From Spirochaetia bacterium (GTDB taxonomy: Bacteria; Spirochaetota; Spirochaetia; WTKD01; G963693115): a stretch of DNA of 64,000 bases. Each line of letters begins with the position of its first letter. Position 1 is the first letter of the stretch. The position numbers and the translations under genes were made by a program. A model generated the notes under the pieces. That model was not told the origin of the DNA. It worked only from the letters and a program-made list of their open reading frames with translations, and did not search any database. Of the stretch, positions 1 to 9,364 are shown piece by piece. The stretch lies in NCBI GenBank assembly GCA_965216965.1, contig CBDCGX010000014.1, forward strand, positions 29,445 to 93,444, given 5' to 3'.

Positions 1-573
1 GTATATTCAAATGAATTTGTAGGTAAAGGTGCTCTTAAAAATGTGGGTCCTGTAAGAAGTGCTTATATAACAATATATGCTCTTAATAACTCAGAAAAAA
101 TCGATATTGTAACAACTGATAGTTCAGGAAATGATTTTACTTATGCTTTCGGCCAGCTTAACTTTACTGGATGGAGAACGCTTGAGTGGGTTAATCCAAG
201 ATATATTGAGAAACCTAGAGCAGCAGATATAAAAGAGCTTCCTCTCTATCCTTCAAGTGAATTTAACAGAAGGCTAAAGGGCATTCAAATTACTAAGCCT
301 AATCAAAATAAAACTATAGATATGGTTACATACGTTCGTGATATTCAACTTACATATGACCAAGCAATAGACGAAGCTCTTTTACTTGACATAGACAATG
401 AAGCAGTATGGAATATAATAGAGCAAACTGCAAGCATTAGAGATAGAGTTCAATTTCGTAGATCCCTTGGACGGCGATATTTAAAATATCTAGAAGGACG
501 AAAGAAATATGATTACGGAAGTTCAAATCCTGCTAATGCTCAACAAGTTGCGCCTGCTCCGCCTACACAATAG
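1..573 (+). CDS. flaA: Flagellar filament outer-layer (sheath) protein FlaA, C-terminal part; the 5' end lies upstream of the window
   Basis: The frame is open from nt 1 (VYSNEFVGKGALKN precedes the tracked Met at 43). The block FTGWRTLEWVNPRYIEKPRAADIKELPLYP matches my recollection of the conserved GW..L.W.NP.YI...PLYP region of spirochaete FlaA. A strong terminator follows. Confidence 0.7.
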   Translation, partial: VYSNEFVGKGALKNVGPVRSAYITIYALNNSEKIDIVTTDSSGNDFTYAFGQLNFTGWRTLEWVNPRYIEKPRAADIKELPLYPSSEFNRRLKGIQITKPNQNKTIDMVTYVRDIQLTYDQAIDEALLLDIDNEAVWNIIEQTASIRDRVQFRRSLGRRYLKYLEGRKKYDYGSSNPANAQQVAPAPPTQ

Positions 574-622
574 TGATTTTTATAAAATTAATATAAAAAA
601 TTATTGAAAAGCAAAAAGATAG

Positions 623-650
623 AAAAGCACTTCATTTGAGAAGTGCTTTT
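623..650 (+). terminator. Rho-independent terminator after flaA
   Basis: Perfect 11-bp stem AAAAGCACTTC (623-633) / GAAGTGCTTTT (640-650) with the 6-nt loop ATTTGA. The 3' arm ends in TTTT. It lies 50 nt after the flaA stop. Confidence 0.75.
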
Positions 651-681
651 CTAGTATAATGTAATAAATATTGAGATTTTT

Positions 682-1155
682 ATGGAAGATTTTTTTTCAA
701 ATATTTTTGTACAATCAACTTCAAATATTCTTACAAATGTGTTCAGACTCCATACAAATGAAATTACAACAATAAACTCTGACTTTTTTATAAACATGTC
801 TTGTACTCTTAAAGATAATCAAGAAAACTATAAAATACATTTTTCTTTTTTTGGGAAGACTACGGTTTCTTATATTGAGAAATTTCTAGATAAAACTATA
901 AAAAAGTTATATAACGAGTTTATAATGGATGATGTATTTTATGAAATAGCAGGAATATTTGTATACTCTCTTCACGATAAAATGCGCTTTTCTTATGATA
1001 CTTTTCTACATTCTCTTTTTCAAACAAAAAATAAGGATATAAAAGAAGAGGTGAATTTTGCTTTAAGAGCGATAGATAAAATTACCAATAAAGATATTAT
1101 GACTATAGGGTATCAACATATACCTAAAGAGGAGGCGATTAGCTCAGTTGGTTAG
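682..1155 (+). CDS. Hypothetical protein (157 aa); its 3' end runs 23 nt into tRNA-Val
   Basis: An ORF only, with no motif I recognise. The stop codon (1153-1155) lies inside the D-arm of the tRNA, so the last ~8 codons (..AISSVG) are tRNA sequence read as protein. Coding status is uncertain. Confidence 0.35.
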   Translation: MEDFFSNIFVQSTSNILTNVFRLHTNEITTINSDFFINMSCTLKDNQENYKIHFSFFGKTTVSYIEKFLDKTIKKLYNEFIMDDVFYEIAGIFVYSLHDKMRFSYDTFLHSLFQTKNKDIKEEVNFALRAIDKITNKDIMTIGYQHIPKEEAISSVG

Positions 1156-1206
1156 AGCACTTGCTTGACATGCAAGAGGTCTCCGGTTCAAGTCCGGTAT
1201 CGCCTA
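1133..1206 (+). tRNA. tRNA-Val (anticodon GAC)
   Basis: Hand-folded cloverleaf. Acceptor AGGCGAT (1133-1139) pairs with ATCGCCT (1199-1205) and the discriminator is A1206. D-stem is GCTC/GAGC with the AGTTGGTTA loop. Anticodon stem is CTTGC/GCAAG with loop TTGACAT, giving anticodon GAC at 1167-1169. Variable loop is 5 nt. T-arm is (T)CCGG-TTCAAGT-CCGG(T). No encoded CCA. Confidence 0.85.
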
Positions 1207-1406
1207 CACGTTTTATCTTTAATATCTAACCTAAATCTTATTTAGTAAAAAATATTTTTAAACTATATTTAGCCTAAACCCATGCTAGTATTTGGTTTTC
1301 CTACTAAATAACACTGCTGTTTTCTATTAAAGGGTTACAATTCTGCATATTATATTTTATAATATCAAGATTATATTATAATAAATAAAATTATATTTCA
1401 AAAAAC

Positions 1407-2162
1407 ATGAGTTATCCAAATTTTAAAAACAAGCATCAAGAACAATCGCTTTTTACTCCCAAAAACTATGTTAATTGGATAAAACATCTAAAAAACGACT
1501 GTAAAACAACTCTTCCTAAGAAATATATTCTTATGTATTATCCAAAACTTCTTAATTATTTTATAAAAAAATATAAACCTCAAAAGATAGTATTGCATAG
1601 ATTAATTACGGTATACCTATACAAAAATCTTGGGATTGTCTGTATGACTGGTATTGGATCGCCACATGCAACAATAATATTTGAGGAACTAATTGCTTTA
1701 GGAGGGAAAGAGTTTTTAAATATAGGTTTAGCGGGAGGCTTACAAGATTTTGGTGTCTTTTTATGTGAAAAATCTATTAGAGACGAAGGAACAAGCCTTC
1801 ATTATGCTCCTCATGAAAAATTTGCATATCCCAATAAAGATCTTACGCAAAAATTAGAAAATTATCTTAAAAAGAATTCTCTTTTTTTTCAAAAGGCATT
1901 GTCATGGACAATTGATGCTCCCTACAGAGAAACAATAGCAGAAATTAAAAAATATAAAAAACAAAATGTTGCAACTGTAGAAATGGAATCATCTGCTTTG
2001 TTTGTAGTTGCAAAACTAAGAAAAGTGAGAATTGCTGCTGCCTTTGTTGTTTCTGATGTTTTAGGATCAGAGAAATGGGAACCTCAGTTTAATGCGAAAC
2101 ATGTATATCAAAAACTAAATAAAGTATTTGATATTGCATTATGCTGCTTACTAGAAAGATAA
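1407..2162 (+). CDS. Nucleoside phosphorylase, PNP/UDP family 1 (purine or uridine phosphorylase-like)
   Basis: Family-typical blocks are present: GIGSPHATIIFEELIALGGKEFLNIGLAGGL and TVEMESSALFVVAKLRKVRIAAAFVVSD. Confidence 0.7.
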   Translation: MSYPNFKNKHQEQSLFTPKNYVNWIKHLKNDCKTTLPKKYILMYYPKLLNYFIKKYKPQKIVLHRLITVYLYKNLGIVCMTGIGSPHATIIFEELIALGGKEFLNIGLAGGLQDFGVFLCEKSIRDEGTSLHYAPHEKFAYPNKDLTQKLENYLKKNSLFFQKALSWTIDAPYRETIAEIKKYKKQNVATVEMESSALFVVAKLRKVRIAAAFVVSDVLGSEKWEPQFNAKHVYQKLNKVFDIALCCLLER

Positions 2163-2274
2163 TATTAAGGCTTTTTTATATCTAAAAAATGAAAAATATT
2201 AAAAATCCCTCTTGCACAAATATTTATATATTTACTATCATTTGAATGGGCATGCAAATAAAGAAAAACAATAA

Positions 2275-2551
2275 ATTAAAAATGAACTAGAAGATGAAAA
2301 GGCTCTCTTTAAATATGTGCTGAAGAATTTAATATGATTGGTGATCCTACACGTCTTAAAATATGCTATTTATTATGCCGTCATAAAGAATTATCTGTTA
2401 GGTGAAATAGCAAAAACTGTTGGTGTATCTATAATCAGAAGTTTCGCATACCCTCAAAAAATTGAAACAAGTAAATCTTGTAAAGGATCGTGGCATTCAT
2501 TTTCAAAATGTATATTACTGTTTAATAGATCACCGCTTGCAACAATGGTAA
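2275..2551 (+). pseudogene. ArsR/SmtB-family HTH regulator, decayed (multiple frameshifts plus an in-frame stop)
   Basis: Homology can only be followed by hopping frames: CAEEFNMIGDPTRLKILYLLCRHKELSV, then a shift, then GEIAKTVGVS, then a shift with TAA, then SEVSHTLKKLKQVNLVKDRGIHFQNVYYCLIDHRLQQW*. This is the classic ArsR wHTH pattern (GDPTRLKIL...ELSVGEIA...VSQSxVSHHLKxL...YYxL). The tracked ORF 2338..2574 is a mosaic of wrong and right frames. Confidence 0.75.
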
Positions 2552-2570
2552 AAAAGAGGCTTACCTCTTT

Positions 2571-3466
2571 ATGAAACATTTTGATCTAATAATTATTGGC
2601 GGTGGTGCAGGGCATTTTCAGCTGCTATTCATGCTAACGAATTAAAAGTAAACACATTTACAACGGAGTTCTTCTATTTTTTCTTGCTCTGAAAGAGAGC
2701 TTGTTAATTGCCTTTCTCAAGTACTCATAAATGAAAATATTACTATCAAAATAAACATCACACTAAAACACATAGAAAAATCAGATAAAAAAAACTATTA
2801 CTTTTGACAACAATGAAAAAAAATAAAAAATCGTGGCCGAAGAAATACTATTAGCTACTGAAAAAACGCCAAACACTAGAAAAATTAGGATTGAAAAAAC
2901 TGGAGTTCTGCTTAATGAAAATAATGTAATTATTGTAAATAAGAATTTCCAAACTTCAAATAAAAATATTTTTGTAATAGGTGATGTAACAAATGCTCCA
3001 CTTAGGATTGAAGCTACTGCGGGACGCGAAGGCACCTATGCTGCCGAAAACATCCTTGAAAGAACAGAGGTTTCTATTGATTACAATGCGGTATCATATA
3101 CGATTTTGACTGACCGCAACTTATTGGTGTTGAGAGTTGACAGAAAAAGAACAAATACAACAAATGAAGACTTGTGCGTACCGCACTGTATTTTTTCGGA
3201 TATGCCAAAAGCAATTATTATGCGTAAATACAGAAGGAGCAATAAAAATGATAATACATCCGAAAACAAAATAAATTCTTGGTGTTCATATTCTTGGAGA
3301 GACTGCTGCATAAATTATTAAGCAAACAATGATATTAATAAAAAACAAGAATGCTATTTATAATATAACAGATTCTTTGCCTATATTTCCAACATTGTCA
3401 GAAACGTTAAAAATTGTTTCGCTTTCATTCACTAAAAACATTCATGAGGTGAGTTGTTGTATATGA
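2571..3466 (+). pseudogene. Pyridine nucleotide-disulfide oxidoreductase of the MerA / mercuric-reductase-like type, decayed (internal deletions, stops, frameshifts)
   Basis: It starts MKHFDLIIIGGGAG (the FAD GxGxxG motif) and then breaks. Later fragments are EEILLATEKTPNTRKIRIEKTGVLLNENNVIIVNKNFQTSNKNIFVIGDVTNAPLRIEATAGREGTYAAENIL, then ..IDYNAV.. and ..GAIKMIIHPKTKQILGVHILGETAA.., ending PIFPTLSETLKIVSLSFTKNIHEVSCCI*. A C-terminal Cys-Cys pair is typical of MerA-like enzymes. Only ~900 nt remain of an expected ~1350. Confidence 0.75.
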
Positions 3467-4008
3467 AAAATATATTATTTACTGTCTTTTTAGCAACAAA
3501 AACAATATTTACCATTAAATGGTATGAATTTTTGTTTTGTGGATTAACACTGTTTTCTATTAGTGTTTATATTGTTCTTCCTGTTGTAGTAACTTCAGAA
3601 ATACCCCTTAGTCTCCAATTAAACTTGCTTACTACACGTGATTATGTATCATTTATTATACTTTCATAAACTATTTCTATCTTATATACTCAAGTAGACC
3701 TTTTTACTTTCTCGATTAAAAAGAGAATTTTTACGTGCTACAAAACAAGATTTTTTAGGATTTTTCTCTGCTCTTTTTGGAGGTTTATTAGGAACAACTA
3801 CATGTCCATCATGTATCCTAGAAATTCTCTGCCTTTGGGGAGTAGGTAGCACACATTTTTTCTAAATAATCAAATATATGTGTTTATACTGGCTATTATT
3901 CTTGTTGCAATGAGCTTTTATTTTACCTCACGCAAAATTGTAGGCTATGATACTTGTAAAGTGATGGTTAAAAAATGGTTTTTTAAAAAAAACATCTTGT
4001 ATAAATAA
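3463..4008 (+). pseudogene. Small polytopic membrane protein with a CPSC (CxxC) motif, frameshifted; third gene of the decayed cassette
   Basis: Its ATG at 3463 overlaps the oxidoreductase stop (ATGA). The frame breaks at 3669. Other frames continue with ..FLGFFSALFGGLLGTTTCPSCILEILCLWGVGSTHFF* and then ..FFLNNQIYVFILAIILVAMSFYFTSRKIVGYDTCKV..*. Confidence 0.5.
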
Positions 4009-4078
4009 ATATTTCAAACAAAAATGTAATGTAATATAATATACATATAAAAAAAAAATTAAAACATTGGTACCCTCA

Positions 4079-4108
4079 TTGACATGTTTCATGCAATTAA
4101 GATACTAT
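4079..4108 (+). promoter_or_regulatory. Candidate sigma70-type promoter of the nusA operon
   Basis: TTGACA (4079-4084), an 18-nt spacer, then TACTAT (4103-4108), ~40 nt upstream of the nusA ATG. Confidence 0.4.
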
Positions 4109-4146
4109 ACATAATATAAACAAAATCATTATTTAAGCGAGATTCT

Positions 4147-5748
4147 ATGAATGACCTTTCTAATATTATTAACGAACTCAAAACCCAAAAAAGCCTTCCA
4201 GAAGATTTAATAAAAAGCATTATTGAAGATTTTCTTAAAATTGTATATAAAAAACGTTATGGTAGCGATGAAAATGCAATAGTAGATTTTACTCAAGACA
4301 ATAATAATGTAACTCTTTTTTCAAAAAAAAGTATAGTAGAAAATGTACTAGACGATGTATTAGAAATATCTTTAGAAGAGGCAAGAAAGTTTGAAAGAGA
4401 ATGTGAGATTGGAGACAAGCTCCTCATAGAAATTAAACCAGAAAGTTTTACTCGCACTGAAATTCTTATTGGAAGTCAAAGAGCTGTTCAACGATTAAAA
4501 GAATTTGAGAACGATTCAATTTTATCCGAATTTAAAAATAAACTCGGTGAAATTGTAATAGGGTACTACCTTAGAGATAATAATAGAAACATAATAGTCG
4601 ATTTAGGTCGGGTAGAGGGTATATTGCCATCAAATTTTCAATCACCTAAAGAAGTATACAGAATAGGAGATAAGATAAAGGCTCTTGTTTATTCAGTAGA
4701 AAAGAAAGGAAATAAGCTTGACGTTATACTTAGTCGTGTCCATGTTGATTTTGTAAAAAAAATATTTGAGCTTGAAATCCCCGAAGTATATGATGGGGCT
4801 ATTGAAATAGTAAAAATTGTAAGAGAACCAGGCTATAGAATAAAAGTTGCCGTGCAATCTGATCAATCAGACATTGACCCAGTCGGCACATGTGTAGGAG
4901 CAAAAGGGGCTAGAATTAATAATATTATTCTTGAACTTGATAATGAAAGAATAGATGTATTGAAATACGATAAAGACCCATTAAAATTTATTCACAACGC
5001 ACTTTCTCCAGTTGAGGTTAAACAAGTGGTTGTTACCGATTATGAGAAAAAAACTGCACTCGCCATAGTAGAAGATGAAAAGTTCTCTATCGCCATAGGT
5101 AAATTAGGGCTTAACGTAAGATTAGCAAATAGGCTTACCGATTGGAACATTAATGTGAAAACCGAATCAGAATATAAAGAAATAGATGATTCTAGTGTTT
5201 CTGCAAAAATGCTTTTTGATTCCGAAGAGCCACAAGGTGCTCCTGAAGAAGTAGAAGAAATTGATATTTCCAAAGTATCAGAGCTTTCTGAGTTACAAGA
5301 AGCTATCGTGAAAAAATTAGAGGCGACAGAACTTGGATATATAGAAGATCTTCTTCAGATATCTAATAATGACCTATTAGAAAAAGGGTTTACAGAAGAT
5401 GAAATAAATCATATTCGATCTGTTATAAGTAGTACTATAGAAATAAAAGAAGAAGAAGCTAGCGAACAAAAAGCAATAAAGGAATCTTCTGAATCTACTT
5501 CTGAAGATGAAGATTCGGCAATAAAAAAAGATGAGGAAGAATATTTTGAAGCAGAAAATCTGTCTGTAAATGCATTGCCATTGAGAGAATCAATACTCTA
5601 TAAACTTGTAAATGAAAATATTAATAAATTATATGACCTTGTAATGCTTTATTCTAAAAATAAATTATTTACAACAATAGAATTCACAGATGAAGAAAAA
5701 AAAGAACTAGAACAAGTAATACAAAGCAATATTCAATACGAAGAATAA
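4147..5748 (+). CDS. nusA: Transcription termination/antitermination factor NusA, with two C-terminal acidic HhH repeats
   Basis: The S1 and KH regions are recognisable (..VDPVGTCVGAKGARINNIILELDNERIDVLKY.., ..KLGLNVRLANRLTDWNINV..). Conserved nusA-infB-rbfA-truB order. Confidence 0.95.
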   Translation: MNDLSNIINELKTQKSLPEDLIKSIIEDFLKIVYKKRYGSDENAIVDFTQDNNNVTLFSKKSIVENVLDDVLEISLEEARKFERECEIGDKLLIEIKPESFTRTEILIGSQRAVQRLKEFENDSILSEFKNKLGEIVIGYYLRDNNRNIIVDLGRVEGILPSNFQSPKEVYRIGDKIKALVYSVEKKGNKLDVILSRVHVDFVKKIFELEIPEVYDGAIEIVKIVREPGYRIKVAVQSDQSDIDPVGTCVGAKGARINNIILELDNERIDVLKYDKDPLKFIHNALSPVEVKQVVVTDYEKKTALAIVEDEKFSIAIGKLGLNVRLANRLTDWNINVKTESEYKEIDDSSVSAKMLFDSEEPQGAPEEVEEIDISKVSELSELQEAIVKKLEATELGYIEDLLQISNNDLLEKGFTEDEINHIRSVISSTIEIKEEEASEQKAIKESSESTSEDEDSAIKKDEEEYFEAENLSVNALPLRESILYKLVNENINKLYDLVMLYSKNKLFTTIEFTDEEKKELEQVIQSNIQYEE

Positions 5749-5817
5749 CTAGAACTACTTAACATTTCATTACTTATCCCTTTACATTGTGCTTAGAATA
5801 CAATATAATATCAAAAC

Positions 5818-8142
5818 ATGCCAAAAGAAGAAAAAAAAAGACATATACGAACTACGCTTATCAAAACAAAAAATGCTTACAATTCAAATGAAATACAAAG
5901 AGAGTTTAAAAAAAAGAAGTTTACAGTAAAACTTAAAAAACAAATAGAGTCTCCAGCCATTCCTACGCAAAAGAAAAATACACAAGAAAAAAAGCAAGAA
6001 AAAGAAAAAGGGCTTCTTATTACATCAAAATTTCCTCCTGCGCCAACGGCACCTCCTTCCAAAACATCAGAATATTCTAAGGTGGCTTCAAAAAAGAAAT
6101 ATAAAAAAGATGCTTTTGAAATAAGGCAAAAACCTAGAAATAAAACTGCTGTAGTAAACAAGGAAAACAGCAAGCAAAAACCTAAAGAAAAAAAAACCTT
6201 TTCTCTCTCACATGGCTCGCCACAACATTCACAACCGCCTTTTGAAAAAGGGCAGGTAGATTCACATGGAAAAAGAGTATTTAAAGCAACTCGAAAGAGG
6301 CAATTTGTTTCTAGAAAGAGAGAAACTAAGGAAAAAGAGCTCAATCTAAAAAAAGAACGAGAACCTCAAGTTATTGTAAACCCGGTGCCAAAATCTATAT
6401 CCATAATGGAAACTATTTCTGTTTCTGATCTTGCAAAAAAAATGAACTTAAAAGCATCTGACTTGTTATCAAAATTAATGGAAATGGGCACTATCCATAC
6501 GATCAATTCAATTATAGATGCAGAAACTGCCCAACTTTTAGCATCAGAATATAATTGTGAAATCACGATAGTCTCTTTGTATCAACAAACTATTTTAGAG
6601 ACAGAAAAAGATGCCCCCGCATCATTATTACCTCGAGCTCCTATAGTAACAGTAATGGGGCATGTTGATCATGGAAAAACAACTTTACTTGATACTATTA
6701 GGCAAACAAATATAACAGAAAAAGAACAAGGAAACATAACTCAACATATTGGAGCATACCAAGTAGTTTTGAAAGATGGAAAAAATATAACATTTTTAGA
6801 CACTCCAGGTCATGCAGCATTTTCACTTATGAGAGCACGTGGGGCACAACTTACAGACATTGTTATATTAGTAATAGCTGCCGATGACGGGGTAAAACCC
6901 CAAACAAAAGAAGCGATAAATCATGCACGAGAAGCAAATGTTCCTATTATTGTTGCTCTTAATAAGATGGACAGTCCAGCAGCAAATGTAGATAAGGTAT
7001 ATAAAGAGCTTTCAGAAGTTGACCTTATTCCTGAAGAGTGGGGTGGAAATATCACAGTGTGTAAAATTTCGGCTCTTAAAGAAGACAATATAGATGATTT
7101 ACTCACTCACGTTATATTGCATGCAGAATTACTTGATCTTAAAGCAAACCCACATTGTAAGGCAGAAGGAATAATAATTGAATCTCGTATAGAAAAAGGA
7201 CATGGTATTGTAGCAACTGTATTACTTAAACGGGGAACATTAAAGATAGGAGATAAATTCCTTGCAGGCATTTACTTTGGAAATGCTAGAGTGATTCTTA
7301 GCGATAAGGGAGAATTTCTTGAAAAAGCTACTCCCAGTATGCCCGTAGAAGTTATTGGATTAGAAGGGATACCCTCTGCAGGAGATCCTTTTCAAGTTAC
7401 TGAAAATGAGAGAATTGCAAAACAAATTTCACTCAAACGTCAAGAACTCGTTAGACATAAAAGCATTGATAAAAAAATAAAAATGAATGCTGATACCTTT
7501 CTCACGCACATAGATACTCAAAAAAACCTTCTTGTTAAAAAAATTATAATTAAAGGTGATGTATATGGTTCTGTGGAAGCAATAAAATTTTCTCTTGAAG
7601 AAATTGGAAATGAAGAAGTGAAATTTCAAGTTATAAGTGCTATAACAGGACAAATTAATGAAAGCGATATAATGCTTGCATCTGCTTCAAATGCCGATAT
7701 AATTGGCTTTAATGTAAAGCCATCGCAAAAAGTACAAATGCTTGCAAAACAAGAAAGGGTAGAAATCCATCGGTTTAGTATAATTTTTGACGTCATTGAA
7801 AAAATGAAAACTCTTGCCAGCACAATGCTTAAACCAGAAATAAAAAAAGAGAAAATAGGAGAACTTGAGATAAAAGAAATATTTACTCTTTCTAATATAG
7901 GAACAATTGCAGGTTCCTATGTTACCAGTGGAATGATCCTAAAAAAATCTCTAGTGGTTGTGTTTAGAAATAACAAGCAAATTGCAGAAGATAGAATTGC
8001 ATCACTTAAACGGTTTCATGATAATGTTAACAAGGTAGACACTGGCTATGAGTGTGGTATAATGCTCAAAGAAACACATGATTTGCAAATAGGTGATATT
8101 ATGTATATTTTTGAAGAAAAAGAGATTACTCGCAACTTATAA
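5818..8142 (+). CDS. infB: Translation initiation factor IF-2
   Basis: G-domain motifs are present: [24 protein letters not shown] and NKMD. The N-terminus is Lys/Pro-rich. Confidence 0.97.
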   Translation: MPKEEKKRHIRTTLIKTKNAYNSNEIQREFKKKKFTVKLKKQIESPAIPTQKKNTQEKKQEKEKGLLITSKFPPAPTAPPSKTSEYSKVASKKKYKKDAFEIRQKPRNKTAVVNKENSKQKPKEKKTFSLSHGSPQHSQPPFEKGQVDSHGKRVFKATRKRQFVSRKRETKEKELNLKKEREPQVIVNPVPKSISIMETISVSDLAKKMNLKASDLLSKLMEMGTIHTINSIIDAETAQLLASEYNCEITIVSLYQQTILETEKDAPASLLPRAPIVTVMGHVDHGKTTLLDTIRQTNITEKEQGNITQHIGAYQVVLKDGKNITFLDTPGHAAFSLMRARGAQLTDIVILVIAADDGVKPQTKEAINHAREANVPIIVALNKMDSPAANVDKVYKELSEVDLIPEEWGGNITVCKISALKEDNIDDLLTHVILHAELLDLKANPHCKAEGIIIESRIEKGHGIVATVLLKRGTLKIGDKFLAGIYFGNARVILSDKGEFLEKATPSMPVEVIGLEGIPSAGDPFQVTENERIAKQISLKRQELVRHKSIDKKIKMNADTFLTHIDTQKNLLVKKIIIKGDVYGSVEAIKFSLEEIGNEEVKFQVISAITGQINESDIMLASASNADIIGFNVKPSQKVQMLAKQERVEIHRFSIIFDVIEKMKTLASTMLKPEIKKEKIGELEIKEIFTLSNIGTIAGSYVTSGMILKKSLVVVFRNNKQIAEDRIASLKRFHDNVNKVDTGYECGIMLKETHDLQIGDIMYIFEEKEITRNL

Positions 8143-8151
8143 GATTTATTA

Positions 8152-8502
8152 ATGTCATTAAGGAACATTCGTATTCAACAAATTCTTTTAGAAGAAATAA
8201 GCTCAATGATAGTATTGGGAAAAATAAAAGACCCTCGTGTTAGTAAGTTTCTTACTATTATGCATGTAAAATTATCAAAAGATAGTACCTCAGCACAAGT
8301 TTTTGTTTCTTCATATGCTGATATTACTAGTGTAGAGCAAAGTGTACATGCTCTAAATCATGCAAAAGGATTTATACAATCTCATATAGCAAAGAAATAT
8401 TCTTTTAAATATACTCCTAAACTTCTTTTTAAATCAAGCAAAGCACTTACTGATGCCAGTAAGGTGCTAAATATAATTAATACTATTTCTAATAAAAAAT
8501 AA
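8152..8502 (+). CDS. rbfA: Ribosome-binding factor A
   Basis: Size (116 aa), position directly after infB, and an RbfA-like N-terminus (..RIQQILLEEISSMI..KDPRV..). Confidence 0.85.
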   Translation: MSLRNIRIQQILLEEISSMIVLGKIKDPRVSKFLTIMHVKLSKDSTSAQVFVSSYADITSVEQSVHALNHAKGFIQSHIAKKYSFKYTPKLLFKSSKALTDASKVLNIINTISNKK

Positions 8503-8503
8503 C

Positions 8504-9208
8504 ATGTCTTCTTCTCTTCCTTCTATTGCCTTACTTGTAAACAAGCCAGAGGGCATAACTTCACATACGCTTACAAAAAAAATATCGCATCATTTCTCTC
8601 TCAAAGCAGGTCACACTGGCACTTTAGATAAGTTTGCAACAGGTCTTATGATTATATTACTTGGAAAAGCTACAAAGCTTTCGCAGTTTTTTATGGGACT
8701 TAATAAAACATATGAAGCAATTATCAAACTAGGAGAACAAACAAGCACTCTTGATCCAGAAGGGACCTTAGAAAAAACAAGGCCTTTACCCCAAAGAGAA
8801 GAATTTGAAAAGGCTTTTAATAATTATAAAGGGGCATTAGATCAAGAGCCTCCAATATATTCTGCAATTCATATTTGTGGAAAAAGAGCCTGGAGATATG
8901 CCCAATCAGGAGATCAAGTTTCAATCCCTAAAAGACGTGTAAAAGTGCTTTCCTCAGGTATAACAATGTGGAAAGAACCTTTTGTTCATTGTATGTTTTC
9001 TGTATCGTCTGGAACATATATACGATCGCTTGCACGAGATATAGCTCTTGCATCAAACACTGTTGCTTATGTCTATAAACTCAAGAGAACACAAATCCAC
9101 TCTATACATCTTTCAGAAGCAGTATCACTTAAAGATATTGAGAAAAAACAATACAATAATGCATTTATTCCAGCTGACACACTTCTTTCTCGTGTCAATA
9201 GCACTTAA
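8504..9208 (+). CDS. truB: tRNA pseudouridine(55) synthase TruB
   Basis: The catalytic block GHTGTLDKFATGLMIILLGKATKL is present. It starts 1 nt after the rbfA stop. Confidence 0.92.
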   Translation: MSSSLPSIALLVNKPEGITSHTLTKKISHHFSLKAGHTGTLDKFATGLMIILLGKATKLSQFFMGLNKTYEAIIKLGEQTSTLDPEGTLEKTRPLPQREEFEKAFNNYKGALDQEPPIYSAIHICGKRAWRYAQSGDQVSIPKRRVKVLSSGITMWKEPFVHCMFSVSSGTYIRSLARDIALASNTVAYVYKLKRTQIHSIHLSEAVSLKDIEKKQYNNAFIPADTLLSRVNST

Positions 9209-9214
9209 AATATA

Positions 9215-9239
9215 AAAACATCATCAATCTGGATGTTTT
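9215..9239 (+). terminator. Candidate terminator hairpin after truB
   Basis: 8-bp stem AAAACATC (9215-9222) / GATGTTTT (9232-9239) with a 9-nt loop. The only T-tract is the one within the 3' arm. Confidence 0.4.
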
Positions 9240-9266
9240 GAGTAAAAAAACATTATTTATAAAAAT

Positions 9267-9322
9267 GGGATAAGAAATTTCCTTAAAAAGACATATATCT
9301 TTTTAATATTATTTCTTATCCC
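9267..9322 (-). terminator. Long nested hairpin terminator of the symporter gene
   Basis: Outer stem is GGGATAAGAAAT (9267-9278) / ATTTCTTATCCC (9311-9322). Inner stem is TTAAAAAGA (9283-9291) / TCTTTTTAA (9298-9306) with loop CATATA. On the minus strand the hairpin is followed by ATTTTTATAAATAATGTTTTTTT. Confidence 0.55.
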
Positions 9323-9364
9323 TAAACAATATATTTTTACTTCTAAAAATAAAAATTATTCTTT

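Noticed and set aside
1207-4146. A possible integrated genomic island at tRNA-Val. The evidence was a tRNA followed by an accessory-looking nucleoside phosphorylase and the decayed arsR/merA-like cassette, plus a 10-bp inverted repeat TTATTTAGTA/TACTAAATAA at 1240-1310.
   Set aside because: I could see no integrase or recombinase, no direct repeat of the tRNA 3' end further downstream, and no compositional break. The inverted repeat is short and AT-only. An island cannot be supported from this sequence alone.
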